Part shown: in pieces, positions 1 to 10,355 of the stretch
Layout of the letters: every line of letters begins with the position of its first letter
Numbering within the stretch: position 1 is the first letter of the stretch
NCBI GenBank assembly: GCA_965277405.1
Contig: OZ255726.1
Span: 736,001 to 800,000, forward strand
Direction: 5' to 3'
From: Gammaproteobacteria bacterium
GTDB lineage: Bacteria; Pseudomonadota; Gammaproteobacteria; G965277405
Length of the DNA stretch: 64,000 nt
Made by a program: the position numbers and the translations under genes
Notes under the pieces: model-generated
Told to the model about the DNA's origin: nothing
The model's input: only the letters and a program-made list of their open reading frames with translations
The model's database searches: none

Positions 1-183
1 CGGCAGTGCTCGCTCCTCAAAGGCCTGCTTGAGCTCAGCCACTTTGTCATTCATGGCGTGTTCAATCCGTAAAATAGCGCGGCGCTTCTCGCCTAATGCT
101 TTGATAAAATCAGCCGCATCTTCGGCATGTTGTGCGGCTTGGTAGTTGTGCTGGCGCAGTGCGCCTTTTACTCGGGTATTCAT
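1..183 (-). CDS. gam: Mu-like Gam host-nuclease inhibitor (5' part; runs off window)
   Basis: Manual translation MNTRVKGALRQHNYQAAQHAEDAADFIKALGEKRRAILRIEHAMNDKVAELKQAFEERALP resembles Mu Gam (IKRIGDLQREASRLETEMNDAIAEITEKFAARIAP); lies downstream of the Mu A/B-like gene. Confidence 0.8.
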   Translation of the reverse strand, partial: MNTRVKGALRQHNYQAAQHAEDAADFIKALGEKRRAILRIEHAMNDKVAELKQAFEERALP

Positions 184-500
184 ATACTTGGTCCTTGGTT
201 GCTGGTGGTGATTGATGTTGATTTCATGTTGTAAAATAGTTTTTCATGCTGCTTGGCAGAATGATAGATTGCACTACGCAATGCTTTGTCTCGCCGGAAT
301 TGATGTATGCGAGCAAGCCGCTGCGCTGCTGTCATTCCTGGAGCAACACGAATATCAGTTGCGCCCTGGTGGTTCTTATCGCGCGATGGCGAACACGGCA
401 GGTAATCTTTTTGAAGACCTTTGCCATGTGCAGATTCCACCTTGGCCAGAGGCATTTGCGGCCGTTTGTCCGTCTCCATTTCATGAATAATTGCACTCAT
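180..500 (-). CDS. Hypothetical prophage early protein
   Basis: 106-aa ORF with ATGA overlaps on both sides in a phage-like operon. Confidence 0.6.
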   Translation of the reverse strand: MSAIIHEMETDKRPQMPLAKVESAHGKGLQKDYLPCSPSRDKNHQGATDIRVAPGMTAAQRLARIHQFRRDKALRSAIYHSAKQHEKLFYNMKSTSITTSNQGPSI

Positions 501-670
501 TGCGTCGCTCCTCGGTTTAAACAGGCTTGGATGCGCTCGTGCTTGGCATCCGCGCTCAAAGCCATAAATTGAAAAAAGGTGATTTGCAGCCGTTTATGCA
601 GGTGGTATTGGCAAAAAATATTGCCCCAGGCTTTCAGCTCAATATCGTGGTACGTGGTGTTACTAGTCAT
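497..670 (-). CDS. Small hypothetical prophage protein (57 aa, MTSNTTYHDIELKAWG...)
   Basis: Manual translation; GGAG RBS upstream; stop overlaps the next ATG. Confidence 0.6.
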   Translation of the reverse strand: MTSNTTYHDIELKAWGNIFCQYHLHKRLQITFFQFMALSADAKHERIQACLNRGATQ

Positions 671-679
671 AGCTATCTC

Positions 680-1870
680 CTAATCCAAAATTACAGTGTT
701 CGAGGCCATCGCGATGTGCTGTGCAGATACATCCACACCATCATTGGCGGCAAAGCGCAGTGCTTTGCGAAACATGCTCACCGAGCGGCGAATATCGTCG
801 GTAAAGCGCTTAATTTCGTTGCCGAATCCACCGAATAACGCCTTGCGGTCAGCGGCCGTTAACCCAATCATTTCGTGCTTGTTGCAAATCCGTGAATACA
901 TGGAATAATAATTGCTCTGGTCATACAGCCCATACACCACGGCGTTGCTATAATTATCGGCAATCCCCACAATCTTCATCCGTACCAGCTGGTAATCCTC
1001 ACTCGCCGCGCGGGTAAAATAATCACGATAGCCTTCATTCTTACTGGTCTTGATGATTGGCACCTTCACCATCACATCAGCAACTGTCGCGTCCATTTCC
1101 CATTGCTGATTCGGATATTCCCACTCTCTGCCAATACTCGGCTCAGCATACGTAAAGGCATCCATGCCAATCGCCAAAAACTTAGCAATATGCGGGTCAT
1201 CGCGTTTTAACCGCTCCACCGCCCGTACAAAAGTAACATAATGAATATCAGCGCTGGGGTTGCGTAAATCCAGCGCCAGCCCATTATCCTGCGCATACAG
1301 ATAACAGTAATTAAAAAATAGCGAGGTGTAATGCAGCGTACCACCAGCAAACACCACCCGCTTCAGCAACTCAATATCCACCTTGGCATCCTTGCCGCCG
1401 CGTTTATCCTCCAGCGCCGCAATCCCACCATCCCGATACGCCTTATCCCACCGTCGCATCTTCGTTTCCAAGCTCGATTCTTTTTCAGCAAATACCTGAT
1501 GCTTACAAATCAAACCCTTGGCAATATGCCCATACGCCAACTTAGAGGTTTTGCAAAAAGTTATCACCGCCAATTTTTCCGCAGCACTCGGCCGCTTAAA
1601 ATCAGCAATCAGCGGCAGCTGCGCCGGGTTCAGCACTACCGCTGCCGGCACCCGCCGCCGCGGCTTCGCTCCCGCCTTGGGCAAATCGATAGCGCTGTAG
1701 ACATAAGACTTGCCACACGTTGCGCGGGTTGAAATAAGCTCAAATCGAAACCGCTTACCGTGGTAGGACATTACTTTCAATCCTTTAATGTTTGCATCTT
1801 TAGTAATGCGGCGGACATGACGTTCACTCAGCCTTAAATGCTCACACAGTTGTAGGCTGCTCAACATCAT
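680..1870 (-). pseudogene. Mu-like transposase A N-terminal part fused in frame to a MuB-like C-terminus
   Basis: HTH N-terminus, RWDKAYRDGGIAALEDKRGG, and first catalytic Asp region (NQQWEMDAT...IADNYS), then an abrupt switch to a MuB-like MYSRI...RKALRFAA...VSAQHIAMA tail; remaining D and E and the Walker motifs not seen. Confidence 0.7.
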
Positions 1871-1875
1871 GCATT

Positions 1876-2193
1876 GTGCTAACCAACAAAGGCTTATACG
1901 CTAAAGACCTTTCACTAATTCGCGTCCACGGCGATTCTATGGTACCCATGCTGCAAGACAAAGACCTGATTATGCTCGATACCAGCAAAACCATCCCCAC
2001 CGCCGCCATGCCGTTTGTGGTGCGGGTGGACGACGTGCTCTACGTCAAGCTGCTGGCTAAAATGAACAAAAAATGCGTTCGCCTCATGAGCGCCAATAAA
2101 TTCTATAGTGATATCGAAATCGACCTCAGCGACCCAGCAAGCGGCTTTGCAGTAATCGGCGCCGTCGTCTGGCACGCCCATTCATATATTTAA
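1876..2193 (+). pseudogene. S24 peptidase (CI-like repressor C-terminal) domain lacking the HTH
   Basis: VHGDSMVP...D...VK motif and VIGAVVW end; only 5 bp from the divergent transposase start, so no room for an N-terminus or promoter. Confidence 0.75.
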
Positions 2194-2548
2194 CAACACA
2201 CAACATCAGCCAACCAAGCAATCCGCAGTATTGAGCAATACTGTCAACGCAATCACCTCCACAGCTTAAGCACGCGCCAACCAAAGCGTTTAATTCGTTT
2301 AATAGCCGTTTAATTAGCCAAGTTGACCTTGCAAACTTAATTTTGCCATCAACTCAAAACAACCCTGCAATGTCTTTAATATGTCGTTGGTCGCTCCTTG
2401 TATGCCCCGATAATATATAACTCGTTGTTTTATCAAGATAAATACATGTCCTTGGTATGTCCTTAGGTCTGTTTTAGCTCCAATTTCACCCAAAAACAAC
2501 AAAAAACTATCGATAAATCAACGAGTTACATATCGAAAAAATAAGGGG

Positions 2549-2593
2549 CATTTCAAACGCAAATATTCCGTACATTTCAAACGCAGATTAACA
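2549..2593 (-). repeat. Putative Mu-type end with tandem transposase-binding sites
   Basis: CATTTCAAACGCA at 2549-2561 and 2573-2585 (24-bp period); minus strand starts TGTTAATC; IS remnant begins right after. Confidence 0.6.
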
Positions 2594-2888
2594 AATCTTG
2601 TATATAAAACGCATGTTTAGATATAGCAAAGTACGCTACATTCTGTATACAAACTTAGCAAATAATACCAACCGACTATACATGCTTGCAGGACTTACAA
2701 ATCTTGTGCGCAGTCACAAGTATTTGCCGCAACCACACGGTTAGTGCGTCCAAAGCATAGTAAATTCAGCAAAAACGGATAAAAAACAAGAAAAAATGAA
2801 CAAAAATAGCTTTTCGGCTTTTGAGTTTAATGTTTTTGAGCATTGCTGCGTCGAGAAAATCAAATGTGGTGAATTGTTCAGGGCTTCT
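2594..2888 (+). mobile_element. IS5-family (type B) 3' remnant
   Basis: Colinear similarity to ~36080-36385; degenerate TIR TGTTCAGGGCTTCT followed by CTAA. Confidence 0.75.
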
Positions 2889-2920
2889 CTAAGCCGTTGT
2901 AAGTTACTCATTCTCGCCCA

Positions 2921-4249
2921 TCATGGGCTTATTCCAAGCTTCATAACACCTGATACCAGCCGCTTGGGAGGAAAGACACAGCGAAAAGTGCTGCCTTCTC
3001 CAACAGTACTGGTAATTTCCAGCGTAGCAGAATGATTGTGTAATACGTGCTTAACAATTGAAAGTCCAAGACCTGTGCCATGATGCGCATGCGTTGCATC
3101 TCCGCGAAAAAAACGCTCGGTTAAGCGAGGAATAATGTGTGCAGGTATCCCATTGCCGTTATCTGCAACATCAAAATAGCCATGTTGATGTTGCAGATAC
3201 CAACGTACAGTAATCGTTGCAGTTGTGGGAGTATGGGAAATGGCGTTATTGATCAAATTCGTAGCCATGCTAATAATGTGAGATACATTGCCTTGTAGGT
3301 CGATGTTATTGTCGCAAAAAAAGTGCAAATCACGACTTGGAAACGCAGTCCTCATATCATCTATAATGCTGCGCAACACATTGCACATGTTGATTTTTTT
3401 GCGCTCCTGTGCTGACTGGTGTTCGATACTTACTAGGGACAGCATGTCTTTCACCAGCCGTTCCATCCGCAAGGTCTGGGTGTGAATACGCTGAATTGGC
3501 ATGCTATGCGGGGCATCTTGTTGGATGCTTTGGCTAATCAGCTCAACGTATCCTTTGATAATAGTAAGCGGAGTGTTGAGTTCATGCGAAATATTAGCAA
3601 TAAAACGTCTGCGTAGCATGTCAGTGTTGCGTTGCTGAGACATATTTTGAAACAAAAAAATTTGCTGATCACCTTGCAAAAACAGCCTACGCACTAAAAA
3701 AAAGGTGTTGCTCCGATTCAGGTGGAGTGTCCTTTTTTTCTGGTTGCTTTCTATAAATGCAATAAAGTTGGGCGCGCGCAGCAGATGGTTAAGTCGATAG
3801 CCAATAACTTTTTTATGTAACTGGGTATACCGTTTGGCGGTGTTATTCAACAGCTCGATGGTTAAATCGCGGCGAGTAACGATCAAACCATCAGGGAGTG
3901 CGTTAATAATCGCACGATAATTGTGCGCAATTGTTGATACGCGCTGTCGATGACGATTAAATTTCTCTCCCTTTTTCACTTGGCGCTGCCAAATTAAATA
4001 AAATACACCAGACACATTGTCAGGTGATTTTGCTGTATTAGTCGCTGTAGCAAGGATAGCTGCTTGATAGATATACCAACAAATTATTCCAATTAAGCAC
4101 AACAGTATTGCGAGGACTACCGCATTAAAAATCAGCCCGGCAGTTACTGCTACTGCAACGATTATCAAGCAACGATAGGCTTCGTTTAAACAGAGTAGAT
4201 GGTGTTTTTTTAAACTAAATGAATATTTCACAGCATAGGGTTTTACCAA
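2921..4249 (-). CDS. phoR: PhoR-like sensor histidine kinase
   Basis: TM N-terminus, PAS-like region, FIANISHELNTPLTIIKGY H-box, RLTERFFR, GTGLGLSIVKH; start uncertain. Confidence 0.85.
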   Translation of the reverse strand: MVKPYAVKYSFSLKKHHLLCLNEAYRCLIIVAVAVTAGLIFNAVVLAILLCLIGIICWYIYQAAILATATNTAKSPDNVSGVFYLIWQRQVKKGEKFNRHRQRVSTIAHNYRAIINALPDGLIVTRRDLTIELLNNTAKRYTQLHKKVIGYRLNHLLRAPNFIAFIESNQKKRTLHLNRSNTFFLVRRLFLQGDQQIFLFQNMSQQRNTDMLRRRFIANISHELNTPLTIIKGYVELISQSIQQDAPHSMPIQRIHTQTLRMERLVKDMLSLVSIEHQSAQERKKINMCNVLRSIIDDMRTAFPSRDLHFFCDNNIDLQGNVSHIISMATNLINNAISHTPTTATITVRWYLQHQHGYFDVADNGNGIPAHIIPRLTERFFRGDATHAHHGTGLGLSIVKHVLHNHSATLEITSTVGEGSTFRCVFPPKRLVSGVMKLGISP

Positions 4250-4333
4250 TTGTCGAGTTTTATGAGCGGCACTTGTATTTGTTTTGCCTAATGATAGGTA
4301 TAATTTTGCTTTTTACGTTCATGGAGAAGAGTA

Positions 4334-4573
4334 ATGGGTGAATATTGGAAAGCTAACCTGCGGCTGATAAGGCTCTGCCTGATCATTTGGTTCGTCGTAT
4401 CGTATTTATTTGGGATCATATTAGTTGATCAATTAAATGCTATCACAATCGGCGGGTATAAATTAGGGTTTTGGTTTGCCCAGCAAGGGTCAATTTATGT
4501 GTTTGTTGCGTTGATTTTTTTCTATTCGTCAAGAATGAGCAGCCTTGACATCGAACATGGCGTTGAGGACTAA
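4334..4573 (+). CDS. DUF4212 small membrane partner of sodium:solute symporter
   Basis: YWKANL...GYKLGFWFAQQGSIYVF motif; GGAG RBS; precedes SSS gene. Confidence 0.9.
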   Translation: MGEYWKANLRLIRLCLIIWFVVSYLFGIILVDQLNAITIGGYKLGFWFAQQGSIYVFVALIFFYSSRMSSLDIEHGVED

Positions 4574-4585
4574 ACAGGAAACATT

Positions 4586-6349
4586 ATGGATTTAAAGACA
4601 TATACATATATTTTTGTAGGTGGCTCGTTTGCCTTGTATATTGCAATTGCATGGGTGGCGCGCGCATCAAATACTAGTGAATTTTACGTTGCTGGTAAAA
4701 GCATCCATCCTATTGCTAATGGAATGGCAACAGCAGCTGACTGGATGTCGGCTGCATCATTTATCAGCATGGCTGGGTTGATTGCATTTCTGGGGTACGG
4801 TGGCTCTGTATTTTTGATGGGGTGGACTGGTGGGTATGTGCTGTTGGCGTGTATGCTTGCACCATATTTAAGAAAGTTTGGCAAGTTCACTGTCCCTGAG
4901 TTTGTTGGTGAACGCTATTATTCAAAGACAGCTAGAATTGTTGCGGTAATTTGCTTGCTAGTGGCTTCTATTACCTACGTGATTGGGCAGATGAAAGGTA
5001 TTGGTGTTGCATTTTCAAGATTTCTTGAAGTTGACTTTTCTATAGGTCTGTTTGTTGGCATGGTTGTTGTATGGTTTTATGTGGTAGTTGGTGGCATGAA
5101 AGGAATTACCTATACACAAATTGCCCAATATTGTGTGTTGATATTTGCTTACACTGTACCTGCTGTGTTTATCTCACTCCAGCTAACAGGTAACCCCATA
5201 CCACAACTTGGCTTAGGCAGCACAATGGCAGACGGTAGCGGTATGTATCTATTGGATAAGCTAGATATGGTGGTAACCGACCTTGGCTTTAAAGAATATA
5301 CAACAGCCGACTTCGGCAGTCGGGTAAATATGTTCTTTTATACTTTGTCATTGATGATTGGTACTGCTGGTTTGCCACATGTTATTGTTCGGTTTTTTAC
5401 TGTTCCTCGTGTCCGTGATGCCCGCACATCAGCTGGCTGGGCGTTGGTGTTTATCGCGTTGTTGTATACAACAGCTCCTGCAGTTGGAGCAATGGCACGA
5501 TTAAACTTGATCAACACGATCCAACCTGGGGAAATCGGCTCGCCGACAGGTAACCTTGTTATTAGCGAGCGTCCAAGTTGGTTTATAAACTGGCACAAAA
5601 CTGGCTTGTTGCAGTTTGAAGATAAAAATGGTGATGGTCGCATCCAATATTATGGTGATGCAGACCCTACGTTTGCTGCAAAAGCAGAGTCCTACGGTTG
5701 GAAAGGTAACGAAATGACCAAAGTTGACCGAGACATTATGGTGCTGGCAAATCCAGAAATTGCGCAGTTACCGTTTTGGGTGATTGCCTTGGTTGCAGCT
5801 GGTGGCATAGCTGCTGCGCTGTCGACAGCGGCGGGTTTGTTGTTGGCAATTTCATCTGCTATCTCACATGATTTGGTAAAAGGTATTTTCATGCCGAATA
5901 TTTCAGACCGTGCTGAGCTTCGAGCAGGGCGAATTGCGATGACGGGTGCGGTGTTACTTGCTGGCTATCTTGGGCTAAATCCGCCAGGATTTGCTGCGGG
6001 GACTGTGGCAATAGCGTTTGGTCTTGCCGCTTCATCGTTGTTTCCTGCCATCATGATGGGAATATTTTTCAAGCGCATCAATCGTCAAGGTGCTATCGCA
6101 GGGATGATTGCAGGTCTTGGGATTACCATGATGTATACATTCCAACATCATGGGATTATGTATATCAAGGGTACAGAGTTCTTATTTGGTTTAGACAAGC
6201 ACTGGTTTTTTGGGATTTCAACCGCAGCATTTGGGTCTATTGGGGCAATTGTTAATTTTGCCGTGGCATTTGCAGTTTCAGCAGTTACAGAAGAAACACC
6301 GCAAGAAATCCAACAGTTGGTTGATAACATTCGCATGCCAAATGGATAG
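4586..6349 (+). CDS. Sodium:solute symporter, cation/acetate ActP-like
   Basis: GMATAADWMSAASF, GGMKGITYTQ, GTAGLPHVIVRFFTVP motifs. Confidence 0.92.
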   Translation: MDLKTYTYIFVGGSFALYIAIAWVARASNTSEFYVAGKSIHPIANGMATAADWMSAASFISMAGLIAFLGYGGSVFLMGWTGGYVLLACMLAPYLRKFGKFTVPEFVGERYYSKTARIVAVICLLVASITYVIGQMKGIGVAFSRFLEVDFSIGLFVGMVVVWFYVVVGGMKGITYTQIAQYCVLIFAYTVPAVFISLQLTGNPIPQLGLGSTMADGSGMYLLDKLDMVVTDLGFKEYTTADFGSRVNMFFYTLSLMIGTAGLPHVIVRFFTVPRVRDARTSAGWALVFIALLYTTAPAVGAMARLNLINTIQPGEIGSPTGNLVISERPSWFINWHKTGLLQFEDKNGDGRIQYYGDADPTFAAKAESYGWKGNEMTKVDRDIMVLANPEIAQLPFWVIALVAAGGIAAALSTAAGLLLAISSAISHDLVKGIFMPNISDRAELRAGRIAMTGAVLLAGYLGLNPPGFAAGTVAIAFGLAASSLFPAIMMGIFFKRINRQGAIAGMIAGLGITMMYTFQHHGIMYIKGTEFLFGLDKHWFFGISTAAFGSIGAIVNFAVAFAVSAVTEETPQEIQQLVDNIRMPNG

Positions 6350-6360
6350 CAGCAATCACC

Positions 6361-6390
6361 AAAAAAATCCCCGTGGATGCGGGGGTTTTT
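6361..6390 (+). terminator. Rho-independent terminator
   Basis: AAAAATCCCCG-TGGATG-CGGGGGTTTTT hairpin after the symporter stop. Confidence 0.7.
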
Positions 6391-6397
6391 ATGGGAA

Positions 6398-6853
6398 ATG
6401 TTAAAAAACATAATACCAGCAATACGCATTCGATGGGGTCAACTTGGCAGCCACAAGTGGATTGCCATCGTGTTATTCCCGTTCTTCCTCGCCTGTGGTT
6501 ATTTATTTGCTGGAATGTATTTAGTAGACAAACCAACTACAGCGGTAACGTTTGAATTGCAGCAGGAGTCTGACTGTGATTTGGTTACAACACCATGCTT
6601 TATGATTGCCAATACCCTGCGGGTCAAAATTGGCTTTGAACCAAATATTGGCATATATGCGGTTGCAGCCACCCCAATGCAGCTAGTTGTTTTGAACATT
6701 GACGGGACGCCAGTGGTATTGCAACAAGCAGACACTACAGGTAATCGTTGGGGATATCCGCGTCATTCAGCGATTGGCATAACCCACATCCAGGTGGCAA
6801 TGCTGCGTACATCAGCGGAGTTTTTTGGTGGATTGATTATCAGCCCGCAATAA
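6398..6853 (+). CDS. Hypothetical membrane-anchored protein
   Basis: N-terminal TM then CDLVTTPC; start moved to ATG 6398 to avoid the terminator. Confidence 0.6.
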   Translation: MLKNIIPAIRIRWGQLGSHKWIAIVLFPFFLACGYLFAGMYLVDKPTTAVTFELQQESDCDLVTTPCFMIANTLRVKIGFEPNIGIYAVAATPMQLVVLNIDGTPVVLQQADTTGNRWGYPRHSAIGITHIQVAMLRTSAEFFGGLIISPQ

Positions 6854-7835
6854 CCCAGCTCTCGGACACTGCTATTGGGGTTGGTAAATGTGCATACACG
6901 CATTCGCCAAGTCGGTATTGCTGTGTTTGCGGCGCTACTGTAAAAAAATGATCGATCGAGCATTGATGGTTGCGGCTTTGCGACTGTAATCGCAAATAAT
7001 TATTGTTGATTTGCATAATTTTACACGGGAGCACTTGCCAATACAGCGTCGTATCCTGCGGGGAATGTTTAATTATGATCGCGGCTGCAGGGATGAGCAA
7101 CCGAACTTTGGCTAGGCTATTTTCTTGAATTATACCTGTATCTATTGTGGGGTATGCGGATCTGGCAGCGCAAATAATAATATTATGCTGTTCGTGGTGT
7201 AATGCTTGGTATAAAAAAATATTTTCCTCCATAGCAACAATGCTAGGATGCTGCTGCTCGAGCTCAATTCTATGCGATGCAAAACTATATACATCAAAGC
7301 AACTGTGTGCAGAAAACACACAAGTCTTATCCCATTTTTGCAGCAAATATTTGAGTTGGCGAATAATGAACGGTGTATGCCAGCTATCGACAGCATGAAA
7401 TGGCTCATCGAGCAGCACTAAGTCGGCATTGGTGACTAGACTCCGTGCGATACAAACCCGTTGTTGTTCACCACCAGAGAGTTGATAGGGGAAATGGCCG
7501 CAAATATTACCAAGATTAAAGGCATCAATGACGATACCCAAGCGTTGTGCTTGATTACAAGCAATAGCAATGTTGTCTTTAACAGATAAATGCGGAAAAA
7601 GCGTTGGAGCTTGCGGCGAATATACAATACTGCGTAGTCGCGGGGGTAGCTTGTGGACATTGGCATTGTTCGCAGTAGCTATAGTATCACCATGACGCTC
7701 TAAACCGGCGATAGTGCGCATCAGCACGGTTTTTCCAGTTGCATTGCCTCCCCATACACAGGTGATACTGTTGCCAGGCAGCCTGATATCGAGTGCACCG
7801 ATAGCTGGGAGTTCCTTACAGCGAATGGTGTACAT
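6840..7835 (-). CDS. modC: Molybdate ABC transporter ATP-binding protein (divergent)
   Basis: Walker A GGNATGKT, LFPHLSV, LSGGEQQR, LLDEPF; follows modB. Confidence 0.8.
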   Translation of the reverse strand: MYTIRCKELPAIGALDIRLPGNSITCVWGGNATGKTVLMRTIAGLERHGDTIATANNANVHKLPPRLRSIVYSPQAPTLFPHLSVKDNIAIACNQAQRLGIVIDAFNLGNICGHFPYQLSGGEQQRVCIARSLVTNADLVLLDEPFHAVDSWHTPFIIRQLKYLLQKWDKTCVFSAHSCFDVYSFASHRIELEQQHPSIVAMEENIFLYQALHHEQHNIIICAARSAYPTIDTGIIQENSLAKVRLLIPAAAIIIKHSPQDTTLYWQVLPCKIMQINNNYLRLQSQSRNHQCSIDHFFTVAPQTQQYRLGECVYAHLPTPIAVSESWVIAG

Positions 7836-8502
7836 GCTTATTGCGCAAACAAAAATACACTACCGATAAGATCAGCGCTGAGATGCAAACCAACAGCAAT
7901 GCTAGTTGATGGGCGTGTTGGTAATCGAGCAATTCAACATATTCAAATAATACAATAGAAACCATTTTGGTTTGATTAGGGATACTGCCACCAATCATCA
8001 GCACGACACCGAACTCGCCAACGGTGTGGGCAAAGCTTAATAATACCGCCGCATTGATCCCAGGTCGCATCAATGGTAGCCAAATTCGGGTGCACGTCTG
8101 CCACTTTGAAACGCTTAATGACGCTGCCAGCTCAAGGTATTGCGTACCAAGATGCTGTTGCGCCGCCATTAACGGCTGCAGCGCAAAAGGCAGGGAATAC
8201 AGCACAGATGCAATAATCAAACCAGTTTTAGTAAACAGTAATTGCACTCCAAATTGTTGCAACGTTGTGCCAATAATTCCCGTAGGACTAAAAAAAATCA
8301 ATAGATAAAAACCTAATACTGTTGGTGGCAAAACAGCTGGCAAGGTTGCAATTGCTTGGAGTATTGCGACATACCAACCAGAGTGCGTATACAGCCACCA
8401 CGCCAAGGGTAAGCAAATAACACATAAAATAACAGTGCTGATCCCTGCAATTTCAAACGACAACAGCAATGCCTGCCAGTCCGATACGCTTAATAAATTC
8501 AT
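7816..8502 (-). CDS. modB: Molybdate ABC transporter permease
   Basis: LPAVLPPTVLGFYLL, SFAHTVGEFGVVLMIGG; ATG 8502 overlaps the modA stop. Confidence 0.92.
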   Translation of the reverse strand: MNLLSVSDWQALLLSFEIAGISTVILCVICLPLAWWLYTHSGWYVAILQAIATLPAVLPPTVLGFYLLIFFSPTGIIGTTLQQFGVQLLFTKTGLIIASVLYSLPFALQPLMAAQQHLGTQYLELAASLSVSKWQTCTRIWLPLMRPGINAAVLLSFAHTVGEFGVVLMIGGSIPNQTKMVSIVLFEYVELLDYQHAHQLALLLVCISALILSVVYFCLRNKHVHHSL

Positions 8503-9296
8503 TGGGAATATCCTGCATTGTGCAAGACATCGATTGCTGTTGCTGACTGCAAAAACAACAGAAAGCGCGCAACGGTTGTTGATGGTGTTATTACCGCAAG
8601 GCATTGCTGGATTGGATCATGCCAAGATTGAGGAATGGCAATATCCACAGCCTTGGCTATTGCAGTGGTGGGTAATCGAGCTTGACTCGCTGCAATAAAG
8701 GCCATTGGCACAGCTCCTTGCACAAACAATGCATACGTTTGGGCAATATTCATTGCGTGTATTGGCTGGGCGATAATGTTGCTAAACTGGGGCAGAACTT
8801 GAGTGCTAGCCTGCCCATATGGCGCCAATTGCGGGTTAGCTTGGGCAAAATATCGTGTTGATGACAACAGCTGCTGGATGCATGCGTGTGCCTGTTTGTC
8901 GAGGCATTGTTGCGGTGCATTTTCTCGTTGCACAATGACATACAAGCTACCAGTCGCATACACCAAGCTGCGCTGGGCGCGACCAAGTGCAACAAGTTTG
9001 CTTGGTTTGGCACAATCGGCGCTAAAAAACACATCGTATGGTGCACCTTGGCGAATTTGGTTAAACAACAACCCGCTTGAACCGATAGAGGTAGCAATTT
9101 TTGTTGCTTGATAGTGTTGCGCCAGAGTCTTGAGCGTTGTGGCAAAGTTTGCAGCCACTGCAACGCGAATGTTTTCAGTATGGCCGCTTGGTGAGAACCC
9201 CAATAAATTGCTCAAAATGAGCAATACAACAACACAAAACCGCTTGAAAAACTTATTTTCCTTATTTAAGTGTCGCGTAAATAACCGTGCATTCAT
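8499..9296 (-). CDS. modA: Molybdate-binding periplasmic protein
   Basis: VAVAANF, GSSG..QIRQGAPYDVFFSAD, ANPQLAPYG; start uncertain. Confidence 0.88.
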   Translation of the reverse strand: MNARLFTRHLNKENKFFKRFCVVVLLILSNLLGFSPSGHTENIRVAVAANFATTLKTLAQHYQATKIATSIGSSGLLFNQIRQGAPYDVFFSADCAKPSKLVALGRAQRSLVYATGSLYVIVQRENAPQQCLDKQAHACIQQLLSSTRYFAQANPQLAPYGQASTQVLPQFSNIIAQPIHAMNIAQTYALFVQGAVPMAFIAASQARLPTTAIAKAVDIAIPQSWHDPIQQCLAVITPSTTVARFLLFLQSATAIDVLHNAGYSQ

Positions 9297-9333
9297 GTTT
9301 ACCAATATAGTATAAAATTTAACGCAACATACT

Positions 9334-10314
9334 ATGACTTCCTCACCTAAGAAAATAGCCGTCACAGGCGCCGCAGGTCAAATTAACTATTCCTTGCTGT
9401 TCCGATTAGCCTCGGGTTCATTGTTAGGACCAGACCAGCCAATACAGTTACAGTTGCTTGAAATACCGCAAGCGCTGGCAGCTGTTCAAGGCGTGATTAT
9501 GGAGCTTGAAGATTGCGCATTCCCACTGTTGCATACAATCAGCGTAACTGATGCAGCAGCAACAGCATTTGCTGACATTGACTATGCGTTTTTAGTAGGC
9601 GCAACACCGCGTGGTCCAGGCATGGAGCGCAATGATTTATTGCAAGCCAACGCAAAAATCTTTGTTGGTCAGGGGAAGGCATTAAACAGCACAGCAAAAT
9701 CAAGCGCCAAAATATTAGTAATAGGTAATCCTGCCAACACCAACGCTTTGATTGCACAACATCATGCGCCAAAATTAGACCCAGCAAATTTTTCGGCAAT
9801 GACGCGGCTTGATCATAATCGCACTTTGTCGCAGCTTGCAACTCAGCAAGGCTGTAACATAACTGAGGTTGTCAACCCAATTATTTGGGGCAATCACTCA
9901 TCAACACAGTTTCCTGATATTCACCACTGCACGATTCAAGGCAGGCCTGCATTAGAGAGCATTGATGAAAACTGGTATAGAAATACTATGGTGGGTGCTG
10001 TACAAACCAGAGGTGCAGCAGTGATAGCAGCTCGTGGTGCATCGAGTGCGGCATCGGCAGCTGCAGCGGCAATTGATCATATGCGCACGTGGGTGTTTGG
10101 CACGGATGAGCAGCAATGGACAAGCATGGCGGTCAAAGGAAACGGCGCGTATGGTGTTGATGATGATTTATTTTATTCGTATCCAGTACACTGTAGCAAT
10201 AGTCAATGGTCAATCGCCACTGGTTTAGCAATATCAGATTGGAGTAGAGCACAAATGAAAATATCTGAGCAAGAATTGATCGAAGAGCGCGATACTTTGC
10301 GTAACATACTATAG
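9334..10314 (+). CDS. mdh: Malate dehydrogenase (type 2)
   Basis: [47 protein letters not shown]. Confidence 0.96.
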   Translation: MTSSPKKIAVTGAAGQINYSLLFRLASGSLLGPDQPIQLQLLEIPQALAAVQGVIMELEDCAFPLLHTISVTDAAATAFADIDYAFLVGATPRGPGMERNDLLQANAKIFVGQGKALNSTAKSSAKILVIGNPANTNALIAQHHAPKLDPANFSAMTRLDHNRTLSQLATQQGCNITEVVNPIIWGNHSSTQFPDIHHCTIQGRPALESIDENWYRNTMVGAVQTRGAAVIAARGASSAASAAAAAIDHMRTWVFGTDEQQWTSMAVKGNGAYGVDDDLFYSYPVHCSNSQWSIATGLAISDWSRAQMKISEQELIEERDTLRNIL

Positions 10315-10355
10315 AATATTTTGTTATTACCACTCATATTTGGGAGACGACATTC

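Larger units (their letters stand above)
1..2593 (-). mobile_element. Defective Mu-like prophage, repressor-proximal end
   Basis: Gene order cI / A-B / small ORFs / gam; terminal ...TTAACA with two CATTTCAAACGCA repeats. Confidence 0.7.
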
